From: Trypanosoma brucei
Lineage: Eukaryota
Direction: 5' to 3'
NCBI GenBank assembly: GCA_000002445.1
Contig: CH464492.1
Span: 160,001 to 224,000 of the forward strand
Length of the DNA: 64,000 nucleotides
Under the pieces are notes generated by a model. That model saw only the letters and a program-made list of their open reading frames with translations. It made no database searches and was not told the DNA's origin. The position numbers and the translations under genes are program-made. This document shows, piece by piece, positions 39,875 through 52,177 of the stretch (position 1 is its first letter; every line of letters starts with the position of its first letter).

Positions 39875-41447
39875 ATGAATGCGGAGTGGCACATACAAGG
39901 CTCGAATATATCTTTCTTTTTCTTCCTAGCAGCCGTATCGCACATCGCCATCGACAGCGCCGACAGTCAGTCACCGACAGGTTATGACAAGGCAGGTGAT
40001 AGCGTTTCTGATTTGTGTGGGGAGCTACGGTACAACATGGGCCTAACCAAAATATTCGAAAGTGAAGCAGACAGTATCATTCAACAGGTACAGAAGAGCA
40101 CAGAAGAGGCGGCGGCGTACAGGCTGGCAGCACTAGCACAAAATTCACGCAAAACAAAACTCGGACTCACGGCCCTTGCAATTCGCAAGCAGGAAATACT
40201 GCAAAGCAGGATCGCCAAGGGACTAGAGGCAGCTGCAAAGAAAAGAGAAGCGGCATCCGCTCTTGCAGCACGGCGAGCTCGACTAATATAGCTGCGGAAA
40301 CTGCAGGTCTCTAAATCGCAGCTCGGCAAGGCAAGCCACGAAAGCAACGGCAACACCTACATGAAGGGGATGTAAACAACCGGGATAAAAATGGACTTGA
40401 CCCTCCAGGCAACGGAAGCGGAAAACTGCTCGACAGCGGACCTCAATGACAGCAACTGGCCGAAACAAAGTAAAATAGCACATACAACAGCAACTAAAAT
40501 GAAAATGGTGCCAGACACGGCCTTTGCACAGCCGACTATAAAGCTGCAGGTTGGCATGAAAGGTAACCCAGCTCGAGGCAGCGCGAACAACTACGACACG
40601 CCCGGACTAGCTCTCGATAGCGCGGGGAGCTGCAGCGCACACTGCCTCGGCGCCAAAGCCATACCCACTGCACAACGAAGCCAGACCCCAACTGACCAGG
40701 ATCTTTTCACAGAAGCAACAGCGAGATCAAAATGCAAAACGCACGACACCAACAAGCAATGGTACAGCATATCGGTGGAAGCCACACTAGCAGCCGTATG
40801 CGAAGCGACCACAGCAAACTTCGAACCATCATCCCTTGCTTTAACAAACGACATTAACAGCCTGAAGCAAGATGCCGAGCTAGCGAAACTGCTACTGCTG
40901 CTGCAGGGAAACAATAGCAAAAAATCACTCGAAGCGGCCAGCAAACCAGAAGCAGTAGTGTTAGAATTTCTATGCAGCAATCAACAAGCATTCGACGAAG
41001 CCTTTTTAAAGTTTGCAACCACAAGCGAGCACACATTCAACATCGCTGGGACAGAAATAAAAGGAATTTTGCTCAAAATCGCGCAATGTAAAGACGCCGG
41101 AAAAGTTCTAGCATATTTAACCAACAAAAACACACGGAAAGCAACGGAGATAACATCCAAACCAAGCCAAGAAAAACCAGCCGAAGACAAATGCAAAGCA
41201 ATAGAAGACAAAGAGAAATGCAACAATAAGAATGGGTGTGAATTCAAAGATGGGGAGTGCAAGGCTAAAGAAGATGGAGCTGAAGGAGAACAAAAGAAAG
41301 AGGAGAAATGCAAATGGAAAGAAGAGAAAGATTGTAAATCTCCGGATTGCAAATGGAAGGATGACAGAGTTAAAAGATTACAGCTTTCTTGTCAATAAGA
41401 ACCTTGTTCTGATGACTGCTACCCTTATAGGTTTGGTAGGATTCTAA
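39875..41447 (+). pseudogene. VSG with two in-frame stops (TAG at 40292-40294 and TAA at ~40370) and a frameshifted GPI tail
   Basis: ATG 39875 (MNAEWHIQGSNISFFFFLAAVSHIAIDSA) is in the same frame as ORF 40391-41398; C-terminus CKSPDCKWKDD...; the tail KDYSFLVNKNLVLMTATLIGLVGF* is in another frame and ends at 41447. Confidence 0.8.
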
Positions 41448-41694
41448 TATTATAAGGACTTTCTTTCAATTTTATGAAATTTAAGAGAGTTGAGAGAATT
41501 TGCTAAGATTTGAGATATTTTAACAATTTTTGATAAGAATATGCAAATTTAAGAATTTAACACCCTAAAATGTTTGAAAATGTCATGATCGTGGCCTATA
41601 GGCAAAATATTGTATGGTGTTATATTATTAAAAATGAGTTTTATTATAATTTGGTTTATTTGTTTCTTGTTTATTTGTAGATATCAAGAAAGGT

Positions 41695-41790
41695 TATAAT
41701 AGTAATAGTAATGGCAACAATAAAAATAATATGGGAGTGTTGTGAGTGTGTATATACGAATATTTTAGTATAAGTAGTAGGGAACAGCGC
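41695..41790 (+). repeat. 70-bp repeat
   Basis: taatagtaatagtaatggcaacaataaaaataatatgggagtgttgtgagtgtgtatatacgaatattttagtataag. Confidence 0.8.
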
Positions 41791-42739
41791 ATTGTCGACC
41801 AATATAGAAGCCATGTAAGCTAGTGGAAAGGGTGCAACAAGGGTAAGTGAGTGAGTGAAGCAGTGACTGACTGAGAGGAAATGAGCCATATTGTCAAATG
41901 ACATTAAAAAAGACAGAAAGAGAAGATGGAATATGCATGGATTCAAGCATTAAAGTGACTAGAGGCATTATCATGCACGCAAAGATTATTGAGGGAGACT
42001 ATGTGGAAAAGAAAAGGTCTACTGTACAAGAAAATTGGCGTTTCTACGTTATCAGCGGTGATAGAAGCGGAGATAGAAAACTGGAAAACACAGCACGTAA
42101 CAAAAGTAAATGATAGAAAAGAAACAGATTATATAGTCTAATTAACCCAAAAATGGAAAGATGCCACTTCAATGATGGACGTATAAACCACAGGGGAAGT
42201 AGTTGTTGAGTCTGCGCTGTTAGGATTGCGTATTGAAAACGGACGGTTGTGCTATTTATCACAGGCAGATGGTAAGAGCTTTAGTATATATAAAATAAAC
42301 AGTGCAACTAGCTATCCCTACTCCCATATCAACATATGAAGGTCAAATATGAAGAATGCAAAGAACATCAGAATACACGAGTAAGTAGAAGTGACTGTGG
42401 TTGAAGGTGATTTCTACTAAAACCCCTCTATGACTAATCAAATAAAAGATTTAGACACTATGCACACCCACTCTTCAGCAACTACATTATTAAAATATAA
42501 AGGAAATACTCATACATGCAAGCACTATGGTGCGACAAATTATTTATGTTGTTAATATTTTCAAGTCCATCATATAATTTTATCAAATTTAAAGACAGGC
42601 TAGGTCATGAAACTTTGCATATTGAGAACTTTAATATTACCATTGATGTTACATTTATTGTACTTCACCTAAATATCTTTACAAGATGATATTGTAATAA
42701 AAAACAAATATGATAGAGAATAACACTAAGAAACAAAGA

Positions 42740-43700
42740 GTGCCTGTAGTTTTCGCTCAAACTCATCCAACTCAAGGATGGTGTAGACTCATATTGAGTG
42801 CCAAAACTGACCCATGTTGAAATTATTACAATTGTGATCGGAGGTTTTGTATAGTCATGTTAAAATACCTATATGGGTTATGGAATATTTATAGAGAAAC
42901 AGAATGCAAGTGATGAGGATATTGTAATATAAGTTGATGGGTTTGACGTTATTGTTTCTGACGTAAAAAAAAATATGAAAATGCTGTGGAATATTTTGTG
43001 CAGAATACTGCAAAAAATGAAGAGAAGTTTAGTGGAGAAGATATAGTAAAAGAGAAGCACATTCCCCCTATTATATTCGTGACAACATCAGAGCGTTATT
43101 TTCCTCAGTTGGATTTGCTTATGAATTCAGATCACAGGAGCATGTGCAGAGATGTCTTTGGTTTTTTAATGTTGGTTACCAAAAAGAGGAGGATAAGAAG
43201 CTACCGCATTTACTGAAATCACCTCACAGTAGAAAACCTTATCTTAGTGGTGGAGGTTTGATAGCAAGAGTTTTGGCGTTTAAGAAATTTGAATATCATT
43301 TGAACATTTATTAAAAGGCAGTAGGGAATGATGATCCAATAAGAGCATTTTAAAGCGTTTACTAATTTGGACTGCCATTCAGGAAGAGGCTGTTGGACAG
43401 AAATTTGTTTGGAAGGGGGGAATGATTGGATTAGATTATGAAAAGAGATTTTTTTCTGAACCAAATAATGGTAAGATTGAAAGGACAGTATTTATTTATT
43501 TTTGTTTTTCAGCCACTTGTATGGGAAGAAGAATCAAAATTGATTTTTAGAAGTCTTACCCTGTATAAAGAAATTGAAGTAATGTGGTTTAGTACGAAAG
43601 AGTTGTGTGAAGTTGAAATTTATACAATAATTGGCACAAAATGGATTTCAAATATGGAGATATTTGCGCTCGAAATTTTATATGGTGGAGTTATTTAAAG
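42740..43700 (+). pseudogene. GT8-like glycosyltransferase fragment, second and more degenerate copy of 6918-7783
   Basis: 42990-43270 is near-identical at nucleotide level to 7180-7460 (EYFVQNTAKNEEKFSGEDIVKEKHIPPIIFVTTSERYFPQLDLLMNSDHRSMCRDVFGFLMLVTKKRRIRSYRIY); the flanks are similar but more diverged. Confidence 0.5.
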
Positions 43701-43887
43701 TTAATAAATTGTAGAAGAGCTATGAAGACGGATACTCAGAGCAAGCACAGGTGAGAGCAAGAAATGTTACATTTTTTGTCTTTGTTGTTGTCTGTAAAAC
43801 AGTAGCTGTGAAGCCCTATAATATAGCTGTAAAAAGCAAATTGTTTCTCCATTAATAGTGTCCGTTGGACATCAAATTTAAGCGCAA

Positions 43888-45474
43888 ATGATTCGACCGA
43901 TCCAAGCCGTTTACGTAGCATCGATAGTGATTGCAGCTGCAGTCTGTCAAAGATCCGCGGAAGCGACTACTGAACCAGGCCCAAACGGCGGTGCATTTTC
44001 ATTACTCTGCACTATCATCAACATGTTAAATGCAGGAACACAGCCGCCTGACACCATCCAAGCAATCGAGCATCTCGCAGCTGAGATCGGTGCCTTATAC
44101 CTTTCTCAAGCGCCGGCGAAATTCTGGGATTCAATAGAGGAGGATAAAACGTGGCAAACCCTAGCAGACACCGAAAAGCCCTCAGCTGACGACGACAAGG
44201 CGACATGGGAAAAGTACTATAACTTCTGGGCAGCCTCAAAGAAGCAGATCGCAAAGAAAAAAGAACAATACGAAACTTGGGGCAAAAAGAATCTTGCAGG
44301 TGACTACCTCTCGGAACTAAAAAAATACGCGGAAATGGCATACAACGCGTATACAAACGCAGAGTTGACAAAGTACGCCACGCTCGAGACCACGAGAGAA
44401 ACGTAAGCCGACTTGGCCTTGTACGGGGCCGCAGGCAAAGACAAGGAAAATACCGACGATGCAGCAGGAACGCGAGAGAACAGCTGTGGCCTCGGAGACG
44501 CAGGGACGAGCAACCAGGCCGGAAAAACGATAAGACGGGACATGGCTTGCCTCTGTGCGAAGGGGACAGGGACAGAAGTCAACAACGTTTGCTGCCGCTA
44601 CTGCGACTACAGCGGCGAGTCGACATGGCGCACAGCCCAGCATGCCAAAGCCAAATTCGAGCACCTCATTACGAAATGCCCAGCTTATGCGCCTACACTG
44701 GAGGTAACTAGCTCTAACCTAAACAACATCTTAGCCAAATTGCATGTCACCATAGGCGGCATTCAAGGAACAACAGCGAAGAAGCCCTATGTCCTCGGGC
44801 ATTTAGACGGGACCGGGAACAACGGTTGCGACGGCAAATCTGAAGGAAACGGCGGTGTATGCGTAATCTACAAAGAGACAGCTGGCGGCACAACCAAACA
44901 TGCCGACATTGCGTGGGAGCAGCCAGCAAAACTAGCGTAGGCCGCGGCCGACAGCATGGAGGCCAACAAGCAGAGATTACTCGAGATGAAGGCAGAACTG
45001 ACACTACTAAATGTCACCGCCGGAACAATCAGCCTCTGGGGCAGTCGGCAGCTCAGTGTTACTAGCACAAACAAAGTTGAGCCGGCCGCCCAATGCAATA
45101 ATCACAAAACAAACAAGACCTGCACAGCAGCTAAGTGCAAATTGGAAGAAAAAGATGGAAAGGGTGAGTGCAAACCTAAAGATGGAGCAGAGCAGAAAAA
45201 AGCAGCAGGAACAGGAGGAGATGGAGCTTCAGGAACAGCAGCTTCAACTGAGTGTGCAAAACACGGGACCAAAACTGAGTGCGATGCTGACAAAAAAGAT
45301 GACAAGCAAAATTGTGCATTTAGGAAGGGAAAAGATAATGAAGATGACAAGGTTACAGAAAAGCGCCGCTCTTCTAGTTTTCTTATCAAGAAGAAAATTG
45401 CTATGATTGCAGCTGCTTTTTGTGAGTGTGGTATTACTTTAACGATTTTTGCTCATTATTATGAAATATTTTAA
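43888..45474 (+). pseudogene. VSG with two in-frame stops (TAA 44404-44406, TAG 44938-44940); same subfamily as the VSG at 8084
   Basis: ATG 43888; ORFs 43888-44406, 44413-44940 and 44956-45474 are all in one frame; N-terminus EPGPNGGAFSLLCTIINML matches EPGDNGGYYASTCAILNML of VSG 8084; C-terminus CAFRKGKDNEDDKVTEKRRSSSFLIKKKIAMIAAAF plus an extended tail. Confidence 0.85.
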
Positions 45475-45744
45475 TTTTTTCTATTTTTTAAGAATTTGCT
45501 GAATTTTATAAAATTTAATATATTTAACCACTTTTGGATAAAAATGTTCAGATTGAATAAATTTTTGATAATTCAAAATTTTTTTAAAAGCTTTTTATGA
45601 TACTGGCATATGGGTGTAAAGTAATATTGTGATAGGGCATAAAAAATGAGTGCTACTATAATTTGTTTTTTTCTATATTTTCTGGATATTAGAAACAATT
45701 TAGGTTTACAATCAAAAAAATGAAGACGGTTAAAGAGGTTATTT

Positions 45745-45900
45745 CGATATTAATAATGATAATGATATGAGAGTGTTGCGAATGTGTATATACGAATATT
45801 ATAATAAGAGCAGTAATAGTAATAATAATAATAATGATGATGATAATAATAATAGAAGAGTGTTGTGAGTGTGTATATACGAATATTATATTAATAGTAG
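45745..45900 (+). repeat. 70-bp repeats, 2 copies
   Basis: gagtgttgcgaatgtgtatatacgaatattataataagagcag...(TAA/TGA)n...agagtgttgtgagtgtgtatatacgaatattatattaatag. Confidence 0.85.
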
Positions 45901-47601
45901 CAGTGAATACTGAATAGGCTGGCAAAGTATATGTATTTCAAACAGTGTAAATGCCGAAATGGGATTAAGTAAGTTGGTATGAAAGATAGTAAAAAAAATA
46001 TTATTAAAGGAAACGTGGATAGAATGAAGAGAAAGAATGAATGAGACCGAATACGCGCAGTTTCAAACACAAACATGACGTGAGGCACCAACTCATGCTA
46101 GGAGATTGTGAGGAGGCCGATTATTAGGAGAAATAGTGCAGTGTACAGGGAAATTGTAGGTTCTACAAGACAATACAAAGGAGAAATACTAGATGAAGTT
46201 GAATATGTGCACAGTTGTCAATATTTTCTCAAGACATACTTGACAAATGCATTAATTTATCACAAAGAACTATTATTGAAACAAACATATCAGCTGCAGA
46301 GAGAACAACTGAAGAACAGTATGTAACTTGTTTAAAAGCTTTTCGAACAGCAAATTTTCCTACTCCTGAGCGGCGATTCCATCAAAAAAGTTATCTAATG
46401 ATTTCGCAATACATTGATACAACAATAAAAGAAAGCTATAAATTCAGAAAATATATCAGCAAATTAGATAAAGGGCAGAAAAGCAAAAATACAGTCACAA
46501 ATTAGAACTTTATTACATTACAAGGTTGTGTAGAGAGAGAATAACTATTAGTATCTCATACATTCAAAAAAAGTGGAAATTTATTAGATCGAAACAAAAA
46601 TTTTGTGGCCTTCTATATGAAAGCATGTAAACGTTTGAAAATGACCTTAAATGATAGATTTAGTATGTTAAAAACTGGGTGAAACCTAACACTATGATTA
46701 TAATTACATTAAATTAGAGATTATAAGCCAGAAGGTAACGTTCATTTCACAACAATATTTCATTTACTTTACGGCTTTATGCATCATTAAGTCTAGAACT
46801 GAGCGACACAAAAGAGGGATACAAGTAAAAAGCACGATTAGATTTTATGTGAAGACAACCAGGCCCATAAAAAAGGTTAAAACTGATCTCCAAAATGGAA
46901 AATCAACTCAAACAGGGCACAAAGCCGGTCGAACATTCAATCAACTAGCAGTTTTTCAGACGAATTCAGTGACACGCCCACCAGCGGGCGTGTCAGACCT
47001 GGGGCGCGAGATTATAAACGCGGCAAATTTAGCACGTAAGTTACCCACCTTTACTCAAAAAGTGGCGGAAAATGCACAGCTAGCATGGGAACTGGTTAAT
47101 ATAAGGGTGTTTCTGGCAGGCTTTCGACTGAGAGAAATAACAGAATTCTAGACGCCGACAGGCAATGAATATGTAATTTTCCCTTGGGCCTGCGGCCGTC
47201 ACCCACAGAAGAAGTGCGTAAAATATTTTTATGGCTGTAGTTTTAACAAGTTATGAAGCACATGTCTTTCGCTTTGGCTTCCGCCGTGATTTCTTACAGT
47301 AAAGACCTGCTTTGAAAAAGTGTAACGAATCCATATGGAGTCACTCAAGCAAACAAAGAAGCGGAAATAGGAACCTAAGCAAACGCAACTGGGAAAGAGT
47401 CTGGTAGCGCTACCTACACTGTGTGAAGTCTGTAAATATGTCATTTTTCACAACGAATAAAGCAAAGCTTCAATAAAACCCCTGTCGGCAAACAAGCGCT
47501 CCCTAAACCACTAGAAGCCACCCTTCTCCACCAGCAAAATTTTCTATTGTGAGCAGTGGCAAGCAACCAACCACTGACCAAGTATTTAAAGATCACTGGT
47601 A

Positions 47602-49014
47602 ATGGCCAAAGTAGCGCAGTGGCACTTACTACTCGCCTTCATCCTCACTGTGGCCAAAGCAGACGATAAAAAACCAGCCGATGTGGCAACGGACGCGTGC
47701 AAACTAGGTCGAGTTCTACAGGCCATAGCGACGCAACTGGAAGGTAAACTGCAACCTGCGGCAGCAACTATATCAGGCAAGCGGCCGCTAATAGCCCGGC
47801 TAATGGATGCCACCGGGCAGGGCTCAGCGGAAATACACCTGCTGGCGGCTCCAATCCTACTGAAGCTAACAACGGCTGTCACGACCGCCGAAAGCAAATT
47901 GAAAGCGCTTACAGCAAAAACAACAGCACTAGCAACGAAGTTGAGGGTGGAGGCAGTCAAAGCCCCCGCAATAACGGAAGCCGTTTCCGTTCAGGTTAAA
48001 ACCACGGACACAGGCGACACCAACGGCACCACGCTGAACCAGGTCGACAATATTCAGTTTACAGAGATAAAGACAGGGACGACGGCCTGCCCGGGCACAC
48101 TCACACAGGCAGCAGAACACGCCGCCGACTGGATTCAGCCGGAAAACCTTTAAACCATGGTTTTTTACAGGCTAAAGATCAACGAACAAACAGGTTTAGC
48201 GAGGCTGCCAACCCTTGGCAAAGGGGCCGGTGGAGCTTGTACGAACGGCGCAGCAAGCGTAGCGAACGGTGGGATAACAGGCACAAACCTTTGCATCGCG
48301 GGGGGCCCAGTGCTTGTGGCCGATAAGCGAACTCACGCGGCGGCCCACAACAGTAACTACATAGCACAGCCAGTGACCGATATGGAGAGAGAAGCGGATC
48401 CAGATAAAAGCGAGCAGGCGCTTGCACAGGAGCTGCTGGACGTCGCCCAGGAATGGCACACGGCGAACTTTAACTTTGATGCACTAGAGATAAGCAGCTA
48501 CACTACCGATGACACCTTTAAAGCGGCAGTAGCAGCAGCCGTAGGCAACCTCAAAGAGCCGTACGACTCGGCAAAACATGGGGAGATCATTTCGAGATTA
48601 ATATCCAACAAATATGGCGACAGCAAGGAGACATTTAAAAATAAATTCTGGGAGCCGCTCAGCAAACTGCCAGTACCCAAAGTAGCACTAGGTACTGATA
48701 GCGATGGCACCGTCGCGCAAATATCCGACACAGCAACAACAGCGAAGGTGTTGCTACACGCAGCAAAGCAGAGGCAAAGTAAAACAGAAAAAAGAGCAGC
48801 CAATGCAGCAGGAAAAAACAGAATAAGAGAAAGACGGGATAAAGCAACCGCAGCTGAGTGCAAAGCCACTGAGGAGGGTAAATGTGACGAGGAGAAATGC
48901 ACTTGGGATAAGGACAAGAAGGAGTTCAAAGTTTAAAAAGGAGCAGAAGTTATTTGTTATGTGATGAATACGCCTCTTTTTCTTGCATTTTTGCTTCTAA
49001 AAATAACCTTTTAA
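47602..49014 (+). pseudogene. VSG (B-type-like N-domain) with two in-frame TAA stops (48154-48156; 48934-48936)
   Basis: ATG 47602, signal MAKVAQWHLLLAFILTVAKA; ORF 48157-48936 is in the same frame; after the second TAA the frame continues KGAEVICYVMNTPLFLAFLLLKITF* (GPI-type tail); the cysteine-rich C-domain AAECKATEEGKCDEEKCTWDKDKK is shorter and less canonical than the others. Confidence 0.65.
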
Positions 49015-49289
49015 AAGGTTTCTTTATCAATTTTATGTAGCATATGAAATTCGTGAAATTTGCTGTTTTGGCATAATTTAATAAGATTTAATAATATTTA
49101 ATATAATATAACACTTTTGTAAAACCTTTGAGAAATTAAAATTTTTTAAAATATAAAAATTTGGTTTGATAGTGAAATATGAGTGTGAAGTTATAGGAAA
49201 ATATTATGGTATATAATATGATTTCTACTCTAATGTTGTTTATTCGGATTGTTCTGTTTACTTTATGGATAATAGAGTTGTGGATATGA

Positions 49290-49380
49290 TGGTAATAGTG
49301 ATAATAATTATTATTATTATGATACTAATAATAGAGTGTGTTGTGAGTGTGTATATACTAACATTATGATGAGAGTGGTG
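49290..49380 (+). repeat. 70-bp repeat
   Basis: gataataattattattattatgatactaataatagagtgtgttgtgagtgtgtatatactaacattatgatgagag. Confidence 0.8.
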
Positions 49381-50576
49381 GTAAATGGTAAACGCACTGA
49401 CAAAATAAAAGCACTCTAAATATTAAGGGTGAAATTGGAGAAATTGAGTAAAAGAAAGTTTAAAAGAGGGCGAGGAATAGTGTTATGGGAAAGACATGTG
49501 ACTGAGAATGTTAATAAGATTTAATACACGCACTTTTAAACACATACATGACGGCAGGTTTCACTATATGAAAGGATATGATGGAAGGGACAATCAAGAA
49601 GAGACAGAATGCAGTGTACAGGGCAAATGGGGTCGCTACGTATCCGCAAAAGTAGTAACATGATAAGAAAGGAAAGGAAAATCGATGGTGGATTACCAGG
49701 ATATATGGCACAGCAAAGCGCATATAAACATAGTACAGGAAGAAATTGGTGGCTACATTTAACATAAAATAGATAGATACTACCGCTAAAATTGACGAAA
49801 ATGTGTTTTTTCAATCTGGTAGCGGATCCTAATATCCAGCTGTGAAGAATGAGGAACTGAAGAAGAAAAAAGTTTGACTAAAACAAGAAGGGAAACCACC
49901 ACCAAAAAAAAATAAATTACTCCGGCGACACTACAGCAGATGATGTTTACGAAGAGTAAAAGGTTGTAATGGTACTCTTCCAATTCCGTATCGGTATACG
50001 AAGCAGATTCTAAAACCATCGAAGAAACAAGTAATTAACATAAAAGGCGTCGCGGCCGCACATCTAGCGAAGCGCATAAGCTAAATAATACATGAAAAGG
50101 AAGTTGTGTTTGGCGCCCCCAAATTAATGTATAAAACGGCGTCAAAGCAAAATGATATCGGATGCTTGCAAACAAAAAAGGCCCAATCGTACTCGCGAGA
50201 AGCAGTAACTTTAGTTTTTTTATTGTATAAGTGGCAATAAGATATTCTGTCACTCGAAATAGAGCAAATTAACGGCTGTAAAGGTTTATAAGTTAGATAT
50301 AGAATGGTTTGGATGATTTCTAGAGGTAAGTTTCCTGTATCATAGTAGATAGAATCAAAAAATAGAAGATAAAGAAAAATAAATTAAAATCGATAAGAAA
50401 AAAGAAATACTAAGTTTACAGAGAGTAAAGCAGCCTCAAATACAGGGATAAACAGAAAAAAGCGGAAAATGCATTGTCACCGAGTTACAAACAGCAGACC
50501 TGTTTAAACGGCTACCCCAGCGCTGCCGCATATTGACTCTTTTCTTTCACCTTTTCGAACTCTAATAGCTATCTAG

Positions 50577-52053
50577 ATGCTGAAGGTGTTCGCTCTCATT
50601 TTAGTGTCCGCGTTTGGCGTAAACAAGCAAGCGAATACAGCGGCCTTAGCCAACGCAGTGGAGTTCAGACTGCTTTGCAACCTTTACAACCTAAACAAGC
50701 AAAAGGACATGGTAAAAAAAGCAAAAAACGTTCGCACCAGCTGCAGAGACCGTCTCTGAGCTCGAGAAATTAGACGTGTCGACGTCTACTGATTCTTTCT
50801 TCGAAATGCAGGACGGGTACTACACAGATACCGGCGGCAAACAGAACGGGGAAGGATTGCGACAATGGGCAGACAAGAATAAAGCTATAGTCTCAACCGA
50901 AGTCGACGGCTTAAAACCCTATGCACGAATAAGCTTGGAAAGGGAGAGGCTGCGGGCAAATGCTGTAATAAAACGGCTTCTAAGGAGGGCGCAGGGGCTG
51001 ACGGGTAGCTACACATCAAATTTCCAAGCAGTAACAGGCAACGAAACAGCAGCACTACAAAACTGGCGGAAGCAGCTTCTGGCAATGGAAAAACGGCGTT
51101 CAATCCGGACTATTTCAAGAAAGAACGAGCTGACATCTGCGGTGGCATAACAGCCGGACACAACGACGTCAGCAGTTCCATAGCAGCCGATCTGATTTGC
51201 CTGTGCACCAGACAAGGGGTCTTAGCCACAAACGACTGTGGTAACGGCTTACAAGGACAACTCGACGACGGCGGCAGCAAAGAAGGAGCTGCCCCGGCGC
51301 TGTGGAGAGCAATCGAACAACACTGCGCAACATTTCCAAAGCCAAAACTTATAACGAGTGAATTAATTCACCAAAAACTAGCGGCATTCTCAGCGCAAAT
51401 TGGAAGGGGAAACACAGACACGACACAGGCGAACGAAAGATTCACGCTCGGAGCAACTACAGGTTCAGATTGCGACGGCGGCGACGGCAAAATATGCGTC
51501 AATTATCACCTGCAGCTTGGAAAGGGCAAGCCGGGGATACCGTGGGTAACAGCATTGGAAGAGGCGGCCACCTACCTAAAAAATGCCGAGGAAGTGGCAT
51601 TAGCAGCGGAAAAAGCAAAGCAGACAATAGAAATTCTTACAGAACAGGCTAGGAATGCTTACATCGAGGCAGCATTCGAAGCAGCCGAACCACGCAAAAC
51701 ACAGCAAGCGAACAACAACCCTTCAACAAAAAACCCAACTGAGGAAGACTGCAGCAAACACCAATCAAGCGAGAAATGTACAGCCCCCTGCAAATGGAAC
51801 GAGAATTCAACTGACAAAAGCAAGGGTGAATGCTCATTAGACCCAGTAAAAACAGCAAAACAAGCAACCCGAGCAGCAGGAACAGAAGACAAGAAGGAGG
51901 AAGAGAAATGTAAAAGAAAATTAGAGGATGCCTGCAAGAAAGACACTAGATGCAAATGGGAAGATAACAAATGCTTACAAAGATTCCAGTTTCCTCGTCA
52001 ATAAGAAATTGGCTATGATCAATGCTGCAATTTCAAATTTGGTAGAATTCTAA
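50577..52053 (+). pseudogene. VSG with multiple frameshifts
   Basis: ATG 50577 with signal MLKVFALILVSAFG (frame 0, stop 50757); the middle part 50776-51150 is in frame +1; the C-domain ...DCSKHQSSEKCTAPCKWNENSTDKSKGEC...CKRKLEDACKKDTRCKWEDNKC (ORF 51555-52004) is back in frame 0; the GPI tail DSSFLVNKKLAMINAAISNLVEF* is in a third frame and ends at ~52053; 16-mer variant at 52127-52141. Confidence 0.8.
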
Positions 52054-52177
52054 GCAATGCAAGGATATTTTTCAAAAATTATGAAACTTGGCATGCTTAG
52101 AGAATTTACTAAAATTTGATATATTTTAAAGTCTTTTCATGGTAATGTAAAATTTTGAGAATTTTGAAAAAAAATAA

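Noticed and set aside
46849-47151. 100-aa ORF in the co-transposed region upstream of VSG 47602
   Set aside because: The start is GTG (the ORF-track alternative start) and there is no in-frame ATG. The only upstream ATG is immediately followed by TGA. There are no recognisable motifs. It is most likely a chance ORF.
8084-49014. Many in-frame TAG/TAA/TGA codons in otherwise open VSG frames: possible stop-codon reassignment, as in Blastocrithidia?
   Set aside because: The intact VSGs, the ingi ORF ends and every GPI tail terminate at TAA/TGA at the expected positions. The in-frame stops are sporadic (0-2 per gene) rather than frequent. The other features (ingi, 70-bp repeats, VSG) are specific to T. 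brucei, which uses the standard code.
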